Below the pieces are notes generated by a model that saw only the letters and a program-made list of their open reading frames with translations, did not search any database and was not told the origin of the DNA. A stretch of 64,000 nucleotides of DNA from Gemmatimonadota bacterium (GTDB lineage Bacteria > Gemmatimonadota > Gemmatimonadetes > Longimicrobiales > Gaopeijiaceae), in assembly GCA_002724575.1 (NCBI GenBank), contig PBPC01000073.1, forward strand, positions 3,170 to 67,169. Reading direction: 5' to 3'. The translations under genes were made by a program, and so were the position numbers. The number at the start of each line of letters is the position of its first letter. Within the stretch, counting starts at the first letter, position 1. Shown here piece by piece: positions 19,641-29,273 of the stretch.

Positions 19641-20147
19641 ATGCGACAGTTCATACTTCTGGCAATTCTTATCCTCGCACTAACCCCGGTGACAAGTGAG
19701 GGCCAGGTCCGTCTCATCATCGGAGGTGGTCTCAGTCAACCTAATGGTGACTTTACCAACCAGGTGAACACTGGGTTGCACGGTCGAGCCGGGCTGCAGG
19801 TTGGGGTGCCAGTATTCCCTGTCTCTTTAAGGGGAGAGGGTGAGATCCATCAGTTTTCTAAGCCAACAGGGACAGAGAATACAACCATGTTGGACGGTAC
19901 CCTGAGCGCTGTACTTGGACTAGGGGGCATAGGCCTGCAGCCGTATCTATTGGCGGGGATCGGCAGCTACCGCCTTGATACTGGCGGCACAGAAGAAGCT
20001 AAGACAAATCGTGGATTTCATGGTGGTTTTGGTGTAGGAATTGGGGCCCTCGGTTTCGGTGGGTTTGCTGAGATTCGTTTGGTCAACATTAGCGGTGATA
20101 CGGGAAACATACGTTATATCCCGGTGACCTTGGGTTTACGTTTCTAG
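19641..20147 (+). CDS. Small outer-membrane beta-barrel protein
   Basis: Signal peptide MRQFILLAILILALTPVTSEGQ, alternating Gly/aromatic beta-strand pattern, and a C-terminal ...TLGLRF ending in Phe. Confidence 0.7.
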   Translation: MRQFILLAILILALTPVTSEGQVRLIIGGGLSQPNGDFTNQVNTGLHGRAGLQVGVPVFPVSLRGEGEIHQFSKPTGTENTTMLDGTLSAVLGLGGIGLQPYLLAGIGSYRLDTGGTEEAKTNRGFHGGFGVGIGALGFGGFAEIRLVNISGDTGNIRYIPVTLGLRF

Positions 20148-20252
20148 CAAAGGCTTTGGAATTGTGCTGACTCGACTCACACGGGGCTATCGCAGCTGAC
20201 CTCGCACCTTAGTAAGACAAAAAAGATGCTGATTCTAGAAGAATGCTAAGGT

Positions 20253-22388
20253 TTAGTACTCAGAGAGTTCGACGATTGCGTCTACAATGTCCGTGACTTG
20301 TGGAAGGACGGCGGCTTCGACTTCGGGGGCATAGGCCACCCAAGTGTCCATCGATGCTACTCGCTTCACCGGTCCGTCGAGCCATGGAAATAACTCATCA
20401 GCAATACGTGCTGCGATCTCTGATCCGATCCCCCATGAAAGGCTGTCTTCATGAACGATAACGACCTTATTTGTTTTTCTTACTGACTCTGCAATGCAGT
20501 CCATATCAAATGGCTGTACGGTTCTGAGATCGATAACTTCAGCTTCGATCGAATGGTTATTTGAAGCGACTGAAGCCGCGTCGAGGCTGCGCTTCACTAG
20601 GGCTCCACAAGTGACGATGGTTATGTCCGCGCCCTCTCTCCGAATTTTCGCTTTACCAAACGGAATCATGAAGTCTGGACCAGGATTCCGACCCTTATTA
20701 TAGACCTGGCGATAGAGGTGTTTGTGCTCAAGGAAGAGTACTGGGTCATCACAGCGGATTGCTGTGCGAAGCAGGCCGTTCGCATCTTCTGCAGTTGCAG
20801 GCATACAAACGTGGATGCCGGGCGTATGAGTGAATAGCGTCTCACCAGTCTGGGAGTGGTAAATCGCCCCACCCTTGAGATAGCCACCATAAGTTGTTCG
20901 AACTACTAATGGTGCCGAATACGTTCCATTAGAGCGGTAATGGATTGTCGCGAGCTCATTTCTCAACTGATTCATTGCGGGCCAGATGTAGTCGAAGAAT
21001 TGGATTTCTACGACAGGCCGCAGTCCCCGCATAGCCTGTCCGATTCCGCGGCCTATGATGTTGGCTTCAGCGAGAGGGGTATTGTACACACGCTCAGATC
21101 CGAATTGCTTCTGTAACCCATGTGTGACCTTGAACACACCTCCCTTGCCCTTCACCTCAGATAGTGCTTCTTCGCGGGATGCATCAGCGATATCCTGACC
21201 AAAAACAGTGATTCTCGGATCTCGCTCCATCTCGCTCTTGATACAAGCATTCAGGAGATCGACCATTGTTAGAAGATTGTCGTTACTGTACTGAGGGTCG
21301 TCCTCTGTATCGAAATCTGATGAAGTAGGATCAGAATCTTCTGAAAAGAGATATCGCATGGCAGTTTCTGGTGCCGCTCGCGGAGAAGCCAGTGCTTCAT
21401 CAGCAGCGGATGCCACTTCCTCCCCAACTTCTAGTTCTAACCCCTCAAGTTCTTCCGCTGTTGTGACCTGGTTTTCAACAAGTAGTGTAGAAATCCGCGT
21501 TAGCGGGTCACGGAGGTCTTGAGCAGCTAGCTCTTTCTCAGTGCGATAGGCTTGCTCGTCATCAGACATTGAATGCGAGTGCGGTCTAGTACAGTGTGCG
21601 TGGATGAAGGCAGGGGCCCGCTGTTCCCGGGCGTGCGTGATGGCAGCGCCAGCAGCTCGATAAGAGTCCACAATGTCCGTACCATCACATTCGACTATAT
21701 AAAGGTTTGGAAAGCCAGAGACCAACTGCGATATACTTCCTCCGGCTGTTTGAACCTCTACAGGGACACTGATCGCGTACTCATTGTCCTCAATCACGAA
21801 GACTATTGGGAGGGAAAGGTTACAAGCGCTGTTGAGTGACTCCCAGAATTCCCCTTCGGATGTTTGTCCTTCACCACTGCAGACTAACACGATTTCGTCT
21901 TCGTCAAAATTGTGGACGAGGTCTCGTATTCCAGGGATTCTAGAGATCTTGGTGTCTGCTTCAGCAGCCCCAACGGCCTGGAGGAACTGAGTTGCAACTA
22001 CTGAAGAGCTACTCGCTATGTTTAGCCGAACATCACTGAAATGACAGGGCATCTGTCTGCCACCAGTTGCCGGATCATCTCCGGAACCCACTGCTGCGAG
22101 AAGATGGTCAAGCGGGGTTTGTCCAAGGGAGAGTACTAGCGCGCGATCTCGATAATGAGTGAAGAACCAATCACTTCCAGGACGACAATGCTCAGCAATC
22201 GTAACACCGATGGCTTCGTGTCCTGCACCTGATATCTGAAAGAAAGTCTTGTTTTGCTTTCTTAGGCTGATTTCCCGCTCATCGATTTTCCGAGAGGTCA
22301 GCATTGTGCGGTAGAAGCGCAGCAGCTGCTCGTGGGACAGGCCCGCGAGATCGTCAGCTTGGAGGATCTCCTTCTCTTGGGTCGCCAT
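20253..22388 (-). CDS. 2-oxoacid dehydrogenase E1 component, fused alpha+beta subunits (TPP-dependent)
   Basis: The N-terminal half resembles E1-alpha ([29 protein letters not shown]). The C-terminal half resembles E1-beta ([30 protein letters not shown]). 711 aa. Confidence 0.88.
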   Translation of the reverse strand: MATQEKEILQADDLAGLSHEQLLRFYRTMLTSRKIDEREISLRKQNKTFFQISGAGHEAIGVTIAEHCRPGSDWFFTHYRDRALVLSLGQTPLDHLLAAVGSGDDPATGGRQMPCHFSDVRLNIASSSSVVATQFLQAVGAAEADTKISRIPGIRDLVHNFDEDEIVLVCSGEGQTSEGEFWESLNSACNLSLPIVFVIEDNEYAISVPVEVQTAGGSISQLVSGFPNLYIVECDGTDIVDSYRAAGAAITHAREQRAPAFIHAHCTRPHSHSMSDDEQAYRTEKELAAQDLRDPLTRISTLLVENQVTTAEELEGLELEVGEEVASAADEALASPRAAPETAMRYLFSEDSDPTSSDFDTEDDPQYSNDNLLTMVDLLNACIKSEMERDPRITVFGQDIADASREEALSEVKGKGGVFKVTHGLQKQFGSERVYNTPLAEANIIGRGIGQAMRGLRPVVEIQFFDYIWPAMNQLRNELATIHYRSNGTYSAPLVVRTTYGGYLKGGAIYHSQTGETLFTHTPGIHVCMPATAEDANGLLRTAIRCDDPVLFLEHKHLYRQVYNKGRNPGPDFMIPFGKAKIRREGADITIVTCGALVKRSLDAASVASNNHSIEAEVIDLRTVQPFDMDCIAESVRKTNKVVIVHEDSLSWGIGSEIAARIADELFPWLDGPVKRVASMDTWVAYAPEVEAAVLPQVTDIVDAIVELSEY

Positions 22389-22456
22389 TTACTCCGGTGT
22401 GGAGGGTTGGGACAGGTATCTAAGATAGCTAACTGCCTGATGCTGCGAAGGGGTAG

Positions 22457-24511
22457 TTAGTGTGTGCATAACTGAAGCATCTGGTTACTTAGTTGGTCCG
22501 GTTCTGTGACTGGTAAATCACAGACGTATTCTCGACAGACATACGCTGTGGGATTCTCTACTACCGTACGTTGTCCTTCAAGGAGTGGTATGCCAGTTAC
22601 CTTTTCACCTGGAGGTCCACCCACGATCGTTAAGTTTCGGACCGGTACGCTGTGCGCAGCCTGGATTAGCCTCCGGGTGCGAGGATCTGAAGGATCTCCG
22701 ACTATGGCTACTTCTAGCGGAGGGGCTAGTGAGCGGTCAGCCACGGACAGCATCCTTCCGAATGCCGGTCCAAATCGCATTAGGGCGTCTCCGTCCCGCT
22801 CAAAACTTGATAGAGCCAGTTCATTATAACGGTCGTTATCAAATATATATCCCGCTCGGATTAGGAGTTCAGAAGCTAAGGAAGCCCCTGATGGCGTTGC
22901 GTTATCCAAGGGATCTCTTGGGCGAAATATTAGCCCTTCACCATCATTCGGGGTGTCATAAAACGCATTGTCTTCCTCGTCCCAAAAACGCTCGATCATT
23001 CCATCACAAAGTGTGCGGATAGCAGTTAGCCAATGTAGCTCGAGGGTCGCTGCGTGCACGGAAAGCAGTGCGTTACCAAGCGCAGCATAGTCCTCTAAGA
23101 AAGCTGGGATCTTTGCCACTCCATCAGTCATTACTCTCATCAGCTGACCTCTAGGGCGGAGTTCTGTCCAAATCCACGCCGCTGCCTTGGATGCTATGTC
23201 AACGAAGTCCCACCTATCTAGAGTCGGACCCGCTTCGGCGAATGCTCTGATTGCCATAGAGTTCCAGGAGACGAGAATCTTCTCATCACGGAACGGAGCT
23301 TCACGTGAATCTCTCTTATCAAGTAGGGTTCTGCGTTGATACTCGAGGGTTTCCTCTAGTTCTTCCCGAGTGATTTCCTCTGATCGGGACACTGCATCAA
23401 GTTCGTGAGGAAGGTGCAAGATATTTCGACCTTCGAAATTTCCTGACTCGGATACGTCATAGGTGCGCGAGAAAAGTTTTGCTTTCTCAGATCCAAGTGC
23501 TGACTGCAACTCCTCTAGTGTCCACACATAGAAGAGGCCTTCCTCTCCCTCCGAATCAGCATCACGGGCAGCATAAAAGCCTCCTTCCGGTGCCTGCATA
23601 TCTTTTATCAGATATTCAAGCGTTTGTTCAGCGATAACACTAAGGTCTTTTAGGCCCGTTAACCGGTATGCATCCACATATGCTTTTGCCAGCAATCCAT
23701 TGTCGTAAAGCATTTTTTCGAAGTGTGGAACCAGCCAATGATCATCAACTGAATATCGGTGGAACCCCCCAGCCAAGTGGTCTCGTATACCTCCTGCCGC
23801 CATCTGCCGTAAAGTGAAAACCATCATCTCGAGTGCGGTTTGATCACCCTCTCGGAGGTGGTGTCTCAGCAATAATTCAAGGGTGACAGGTTGTGGGAAT
23901 TTGGGTGCGCGTCCAAAGCCTCCGTGCACAGGATCATATTGATTGGTAAGTGTGCGATATGCCCCGTTGATGGCATCTGAGAGTGAAGCGTCAGTTTCCT
24001 TTGTCGCTGCAGATGCTCTTTTGATTGCTGCTAATAACTTTTCTCCCGCTCCTCTTACGTCATCCGGTCGTGTTTTGTATGCGTCGGCAGCAGCCCGAAG
24101 AACTTGAGTGAACGACGGGATACCTTGGTGAGGTACTGGAGGAAAGTAGGTGCCTCCATAGAACGGAGTGCCTTCTGGAGTAAGGAACGCTGTTAGCGGC
24201 CATCCACCTCCACCTGTCATAGCCTGAACTGCTTTCATGTAGATCTGGTCGATGTCTGGACGCTCTTCCCGATCCACTTTCACATTTACGAAGAGTTCAT
24301 TCATCAGTGCTGCTACAGTGTGATCCTCAAAGGACTCGCGCTCCATGACATGACACCAGTGACATGCAGAGTATCCGATCGACAGAAGGATCGGTTTGTT
24401 CCGAAGACGCGCAAGTGAGGTTGCCTCTTCACCCCACGGGTACCAGTCAACCGGGTTGTCGGCATGTTGCAGTAGGTACGGACTGGTCTCTTCAGCTAAT
24501 CGATTCGACAT
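22457..24511 (-). CDS. Thioredoxin-domain protein of the YyaL/SSP411 (DUF255) family
   Basis: [44 protein letters not shown] is diagnostic; 684 aa with a six-hairpin-glycosidase-like C-terminal part. Confidence 0.9.
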   Translation of the reverse strand: MSNRLAEETSPYLLQHADNPVDWYPWGEEATSLARLRNKPILLSIGYSACHWCHVMERESFEDHTVAALMNELFVNVKVDREERPDIDQIYMKAVQAMTGGGGWPLTAFLTPEGTPFYGGTYFPPVPHQGIPSFTQVLRAAADAYKTRPDDVRGAGEKLLAAIKRASAATKETDASLSDAINGAYRTLTNQYDPVHGGFGRAPKFPQPVTLELLLRHHLREGDQTALEMMVFTLRQMAAGGIRDHLAGGFHRYSVDDHWLVPHFEKMLYDNGLLAKAYVDAYRLTGLKDLSVIAEQTLEYLIKDMQAPEGGFYAARDADSEGEEGLFYVWTLEELQSALGSEKAKLFSRTYDVSESGNFEGRNILHLPHELDAVSRSEEITREELEETLEYQRRTLLDKRDSREAPFRDEKILVSWNSMAIRAFAEAGPTLDRWDFVDIASKAAAWIWTELRPRGQLMRVMTDGVAKIPAFLEDYAALGNALLSVHAATLELHWLTAIRTLCDGMIERFWDEEDNAFYDTPNDGEGLIFRPRDPLDNATPSGASLASELLIRAGYIFDNDRYNELALSSFERDGDALMRFGPAFGRMLSVADRSLAPPLEVAIVGDPSDPRTRRLIQAAHSVPVRNLTIVGGPPGEKVTGIPLLEGQRTVVENPTAYVCREYVCDLPVTEPDQLSNQMLQLCTH

Positions 24512-24635
24512 CAGGTTTCAGTTATAGGTAGGGGCACACATTAGTATCGGAGGGAAGTGGCCAAAAGGAAAATGAGCCTTAGGGCTTCAAGAAAATCGTT
24601 GTAGAGCGGCTGAAGGCTGTCTAGCTTTAGGAATC

Positions 24636-24947
24636 GTGGCTGCCATCCCAGGCAGTTACCACCTCGAACAAATAGAGGGACTAGCCCTGTACCTGAAAAT
24701 GGCAGGACTGGCACTCAGGCGCCCGCGCACAGTTCCGTACTTACTGAGGGCTGCATGGGCATTTCGATCTCGCGATTGGTACCGTAGGCCCCCATTTCTT
24801 CCTTTGCCTCCTGCTTCGTATATGAGATGGAGAATGGAAACGGCTTATGGGGATCCGGATATGGTCCCAACAGATGATGAGCTTGAACGGTATCTCCTTT
24901 GGACAGCCCGGATGAGAAATCAGATGAAGCAGGGGGACTGTGGCTAG
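24636..24947 (+). CDS. Hypothetical protein (103 aa, Arg/Trp/Pro-rich)
   Basis: GTG start after AGGAA. Contains ...WYRRPPFLPLPPASYMRWRMETAYGDPD... Overlaps the next gene by 8 nt (GTGGCTAG). I do not recognise a family. Confidence 0.5.
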   Translation: MAAIPGSYHLEQIEGLALYLKMAGLALRRPRTVPYLLRAAWAFRSRDWYRRPPFLPLPPASYMRWRMETAYGDPDMVPTDDELERYLLWTARMRNQMKQGDCG

Positions 24948-25317
24948 GGTTGGATTGCTTCTAATAGTCGGAATTCTTGCAGTTTACTACTTCCCGGATT
25001 CTCGACTTATGCTGCTGGATGCGACAGAGCCATTAGTCTTACCAGTCATCAAATCGGGTGCCCTGGAAGAGATGGAGCGCATCGGGCGGAATGTGATTGA
25101 ATATGAAAGTCTTACAGGGAGCGTCCCAGATCGCGGTGACTGGGTTTCTTGGCTTGATTTTCGCTATACAGCCGACGAGCAGCGTCGTGATCCCTGGGGT
25201 TCGGCGTATGAGCTTGTTGTTGCCACTGATTCAGTGATGATCATTTCCTATGGTCCTGACCGGGTACGTACAACGGAAGACGATTTCAAATTTGTTACAG
25301 CACGTGGCCGGCGATGA
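24940..25317 (+). CDS. Membrane-anchored protein with a T2SS GspG-like (pseudopilin C-terminal) domain and no prepilin leader
   Basis: N-terminal TM segment MARVGLLLIVGILAVYYF. RRDPWGSAYELVV....IISYGPDRVRTTEDDF resembles the GspG motif DPWG.xY......SxGxDG..GTxDDI. There is no GFTLIE-type processing site. Confidence 0.55.
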   Translation: MARVGLLLIVGILAVYYFPDSRLMLLDATEPLVLPVIKSGALEEMERIGRNVIEYESLTGSVPDRGDWVSWLDFRYTADEQRRDPWGSAYELVVATDSVMIISYGPDRVRTTEDDFKFVTARGRR

Positions 25318-25850
25318 AGAAGAACATTGTGAGGGTAGCCCTAGCCCTGCCGGCGATTATTACAATTGCATTCGTCTCATACTGGCTTGGCCAAGAGATC
25401 GTCGAGGGTCGAAGTCCGAGCCTCTCGTCCTTCGCTTTAATCCACTTCGCTGGGTACCTCTTTTTCCTCTTAATGCCGGTAGAGGCACTAGTCCCGATCT
25501 ATCAATTAGAAGGTCATGCTGGAGCGACATTGATTATGGTCGCTGTCTCCACGGCGATCGCTGGTGAAGTCATAGATTACTGTATTGGAAGAGCAGTTAG
25601 TCACCGAGTTATTAATAACATGATCGGCGAGATGCGTTACGCTCGTTTCAAGGGCAGTATCAAGAAGTGGGGAGGTTGGGCCATCTTATTTTTCAACCTC
25701 TTTCCTCTCTCGTCCTCGGTTCTGTCGTTGGTGGCAGGAATGATGCGGTACAGTGCTCGTCGGGCCCTTCTGTACAGCCTGGCTGGCCTGACATTAAAGT
25801 ATTTTACAATCGTTTATTTATTCGATCTGGCGTCTTCGTGGATGACGTGA
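25314..25850 (+). CDS. DedA/VTT-domain-like (YqaA-type) integral membrane protein
   Basis: 4-5 predicted TM segments. IDYCIGRAV...WGGWAILFFNLFPLSSSVLSLVAGMMRY resembles the VTT/SNARE-associated domain. ATGA overlap with the upstream gene. Confidence 0.6.
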   Translation: MKKNIVRVALALPAIITIAFVSYWLGQEIVEGRSPSLSSFALIHFAGYLFFLLMPVEALVPIYQLEGHAGATLIMVAVSTAIAGEVIDYCIGRAVSHRVINNMIGEMRYARFKGSIKKWGGWAILFFNLFPLSSSVLSLVAGMMRYSARRALLYSLAGLTLKYFTIVYLFDLASSWMT

Positions 25851-25863
25851 AGGTCTTCCTCAC

Positions 25864-27186
25864 GTGTGTCCTTGTGGATGTCCGTGGGCTGGTCTGGCAC
25901 TGAGAGGGAGTTGGCGCTTGCTGAACGTCGCACTCACTGGAAACGTTGCCTCTGGGAAGTCAACTGTCGCCGCACATTGGGCCCAATCGGGGATTCCCAT
26001 AATCAGCGCCGATGAATTGTCCCGGCTAGTGGTACTCCCCGGAACTCCAGGAATCCAGGCAGTGCGAAACGTGTTCGGTGATAAAATACTTACTGCTGAA
26101 GGGACTCTCGACCGTGCAGGCCTCCGTGCAATTATCCTCTCAGATGAAGAAGCACGTAGAAAGCTAGAAGAGATCCTTCATCCACTGATTTGGGAGCGAC
26201 GATACGAGTGGGTAGAAGCCAGGCGTGTTGAAGGCGAGCACTTAGTTATTTCTGAGATTCCCCTTCTTTTTGAAACAGGCAGGGAGGATGACTTCGATGT
26301 AATTGTATTTGTCGATGCTAAAGAGAGTGAACGGACTCAGCGTTTGATCCAGACTCGTGGGTTGAATAGTGAGGAAGCCAAACGACTTATCGGAGTCCAG
26401 ATCGAAGCTTCGGTCAAGAGGCCAAGAGCGGATTATGTGCTCTCAAATAACGGCACACTCGAAGACCTGAATTCATCAGCAGATGAACTACTAAAAGAGC
26501 TTCAATCCCGTGCAAATATGGGAACGTTGTGCATGGACCTTCATCTTCACACTGCAGGGAGCTTCGATTGCTTATCTGATCCGGATGCTGTTCTTGATAC
26601 TGCACTTGAACAAGGTTTAGGCCGTATTGCGATAACTGATCACAATGAGTTGGAAGTTGCTCTACAGATGGCCGACGCATACCCCGACCTGGTCATTCCG
26701 GGAGAAGAGATCAAGACGGAAGAATCCATCGATGTGATCGGCCTTTACTTGTCGGAATTAATCCCAAAGGGTACTCCCGCGATAGAAACAATCGGAAGAA
26801 TTCGTGAACAGGGAGGCATCCCGTATCTTCCACACCCTTATGCGGCGGGCAAGAAGGGGGCAGGGGGAAGATTTGCAGAGGAGTTGGCTCCTCTCTGCGA
26901 TGTCGTGGAAATCTTTAATGCGCGATTGCACCAACCGAAGCAAAACCGATTGGCAGGAGAGCTTGCTGAACGCCATGGGAGTCTTTGTGGCGGCGGATCG
27001 GATGCGCACACATTAGGAGAATTAGGCTCAGTCTCGGTTGAAGTACAACCACATCCAAACCAGGCTTCTGCGCTTCGTCTAGCTTTGGCTAAGGGGCGTA
27101 TTACAGGGAGCGTCTCATCACACCTGGTCCATATTGCATCGACATGGGCTAAGTTCCGGAAGAAGTTTCCTATAGCACAAACCTGA
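25864..27186 (+). CDS. coaE: Dephospho-CoA kinase fused in frame to a PHP-domain phosphoesterase
   Basis: N-terminal part: VALTGNVASGKSTVA (P-loop), ISADELSR, EILHPLI, EIPLLFE (CoaE). C-terminal part from about aa 222: MDLHLHTAGSFDCLSDPD...IAITDHN...GGSDAHT (PHP). There is no stop codon between them. A likely start is TTG 25918, after GAGGGAG. Confidence 0.8.
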   Translation: MCPCGCPWAGLALRGSWRLLNVALTGNVASGKSTVAAHWAQSGIPIISADELSRLVVLPGTPGIQAVRNVFGDKILTAEGTLDRAGLRAIILSDEEARRKLEEILHPLIWERRYEWVEARRVEGEHLVISEIPLLFETGREDDFDVIVFVDAKESERTQRLIQTRGLNSEEAKRLIGVQIEASVKRPRADYVLSNNGTLEDLNSSADELLKELQSRANMGTLCMDLHLHTAGSFDCLSDPDAVLDTALEQGLGRIAITDHNELEVALQMADAYPDLVIPGEEIKTEESIDVIGLYLSELIPKGTPAIETIGRIREQGGIPYLPHPYAAGKKGAGGRFAEELAPLCDVVEIFNARLHQPKQNRLAGELAERHGSLCGGGSDAHTLGELGSVSVEVQPHPNQASALRLALAKGRITGSVSSHLVHIASTWAKFRKKFPIAQT

Positions 27187-27285
27187 TAAGTGAGTAGCGG
27201 CATACTATTCATATGCCCTAGCTTAACAGGATCATTAGTCACCGAAGCGGTGACTGAATAACCACTCTAGGGTCAGGAGCCCACG

Positions 27286-28326
27286 GTGAACTACCGGGCG
27301 CCAGAAGGGCGTGCGGCGCAAGTTCGTAAAGTCAAGCAAGCACTCTTGGCTTCACGTTCAGCTATCCTCACCACCCATATAAACGCTGATGGCGACGGGG
27401 CAGGATGTGAAGCAGCACTCTCATCATGGCTCAGAGCCAACGGAACCGAGGCGTGGATCATCAATCCAACTCCGTTTCCGGATACATATCGCTTTGCTGT
27501 GGAGGATGAGCGTTGGATTGTACCCGCTGGATCTCCTCGTGCGCGAGACCTCTGTGCCGAGGCAGATCTTGCTGTGGTTTTGGATACTGGTGAGGTGCCA
27601 CGAATCGGTCGCGCAAGAGACCTAATTAGAGAACTCCGAACGGTTGTGATCGATCACCATCAGCCGGGCGCACAGCCTATTGGCGGGATTTCTTTGCGTG
27701 ACCCCGCCGCCGCTGCCACGGGCGAACTAATTTATGACCTTGTGCTTGCCGCCAACGGCCCTTGGACCGAGCAGGTAGCCCTGGGAATCTATGTTGCGAT
27801 ACTCACTGATACAGGATCATTTCGCTTCTCGAATACGACGCCAGACACGCATATCATGGCTGCGGAATTGATTAACAGAGGTGTCGATTCGGAGGATGTG
27901 TATAGTCGTATATACGGCAGAGCCCGGCTGCGTAAGTACCAGTTGCTAGGTGCTGCTCTCGAAACTCTGGAGACCGATGAAGAGTTCGGAATCGCTTGGA
28001 TGACGATACCTGCAGATGCTTATGAAGCCCTAGAAGCCACGGCCGAAGACGTTGAAGGCATGGTGGATATCCCACGATCTATCATAGGTAATAAAGTGGC
28101 CCTTCTCTTTAGTAAGGCAGCGACCGGCGCAATAAAGATATCTTTCCGTTCAAGTGGACAACTCGATGTCAATCAACTTGCTCGCCAGTTTGGTGGTGGT
28201 GGACACATGAAGGCATCTGGAGCGATGCTAGAAGGACCACTTGAACGAGCGATCGAGAAGGTTCTAATGGCGGCGCGTGAGATGATTGCTCTTGACTCTG
28301 CTGAAGTCCTAAAGGTGGACACATGA
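27286..28326 (+). CDS. nrnA: DHH/DHHA1 phosphoesterase (NrnA-like nanoRNase / pAp phosphatase)
   Basis: TTHINADGDGAGC, VVIDHHQ, ILTDTGSFRFSNT, GGGGHMKASGA. Confidence 0.85.
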   Translation: MNYRAPEGRAAQVRKVKQALLASRSAILTTHINADGDGAGCEAALSSWLRANGTEAWIINPTPFPDTYRFAVEDERWIVPAGSPRARDLCAEADLAVVLDTGEVPRIGRARDLIRELRTVVIDHHQPGAQPIGGISLRDPAAAATGELIYDLVLAANGPWTEQVALGIYVAILTDTGSFRFSNTTPDTHIMAAELINRGVDSEDVYSRIYGRARLRKYQLLGAALETLETDEEFGIAWMTIPADAYEALEATAEDVEGMVDIPRSIIGNKVALLFSKAATGAIKISFRSSGQLDVNQLARQFGGGGHMKASGAMLEGPLERAIEKVLMAAREMIALDSAEVLKVDT

Positions 28327-28763
28327 CGAGCACACAAGCAATTGAATCCTCTCGCGATCCTGGTGTACCGGAGGCCTTGCCTAGAGTCTTGATTCGTGTG
28401 CGTGACCATTTTGGTTCAGAGTTGATTGACAGACTGTGGCTATTTCCGCCAGTGCGACGAGGGAGACGTGAGCAAGGTTTAGTTGCAGTGAGTACCTTCC
28501 TTGAGGGACAAGAGCGAAGAGCTATGGTGACGGTAGCATATACAGCTGAACATTCGGGGGCCGGCGTGAGTATCGAAACCTCGTTTACACAGGAAGGAGA
28601 AGCTTTTCCTGAGCGATTTCCTGCGGTGATGCTAGGTGTCGTCGACCGAACCAGGGAAACCCCAGGAGAAGCACGAGAGGTTGAGATCTCTGGCTCGGGA
28701 CAGAAATTTGAGGAGTTGATGGAGGATTTTGACGCTTGGATTGAGAGGGGGTCTGCGCTTTGA
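28323..28763 (+). CDS. Hypothetical protein (146 aa), translationally coupled to nrnA and fur
   Basis: ATGA overlap with nrnA and a 4-nt overlap with fur. The acidic/Arg-rich composition looks like a real protein, unlike the Ser/Pro/Arg-rich antisense shadow ORF. I do not recognise a family. Confidence 0.6.
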   Translation: MTSTQAIESSRDPGVPEALPRVLIRVRDHFGSELIDRLWLFPPVRRGRREQGLVAVSTFLEGQERRAMVTVAYTAEHSGAGVSIETSFTQEGEAFPERFPAVMLGVVDRTRETPGEAREVEISGSGQKFEELMEDFDAWIERGSAL

Positions 28764-29260
28764 GTTTGGTTTCGACACGCCAACCGTTCATTCGACTTTT
28801 CGGTCGGTACCTTCGAGATGAGGGCCTTCCGGTAACACACCAGCGGGAAGCTATCGCCAAGATCGTTTTCGAATCTGATGAGCACCTGTCCGTGCATGAT
28901 ATTGAGCAGGCACTCAGAGATCGTGCAGGCAGGATTGGGAAGGCAACGATCTATCGCACGTTAGATCTTCTAGTGCGTAGTCGACTCGTAGAAGAGCACG
29001 ATTTTGGCGAGGGATTCAAGCGTTATGAGCACAGGCTTTCTGAGAGTCCTATCCATGAGCATCTAATCTGTCTCGAATGCGGGAGCGTTTTAGAGTTCGA
29101 GAGTAGCGAAGTTTATGGTGTCGAAAACCGTGTTCGGCGCGAGCACGGTTTTGTCCCAGTTCGGCATAGGTTAGAAATATACGGGCTCTGCAAGGATTGT
29201 GATGAAGGGGGTGCCGAGTTGCCGGTTGGAGGCTTGACGTGCCCGATCGAGACGGCTTGA
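28760..29260 (+). CDS. fur: Fur-family metalloregulator
   Basis: PVTHQREAIAKIVFES.EHLSVHDI, ATIYRTLDLLV, HEHLICLECGSVLEF, and the C-terminal CKDC. Confidence 0.9.
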   Translation: MSLVSTRQPFIRLFGRYLRDEGLPVTHQREAIAKIVFESDEHLSVHDIEQALRDRAGRIGKATIYRTLDLLVRSRLVEEHDFGEGFKRYEHRLSESPIHEHLICLECGSVLEFESSEVYGVENRVRREHGFVPVRHRLEIYGLCKDCDEGGAELPVGGLTCPIETA

Positions 29261-29273
29261 GCTAACTAGCCGC

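Noticed and set aside
28169-28897. 242-aa minus-strand ORF spanning the nrnA / unknown / fur junctions, unusually long for an antisense frame
   Set aside because: Its composition is dominated by Ser, Pro, Arg and Cys, with low-complexity runs typical of shadow frames. The + strand carries three well-supported, translationally coupled genes, two of them with clear family motifs.
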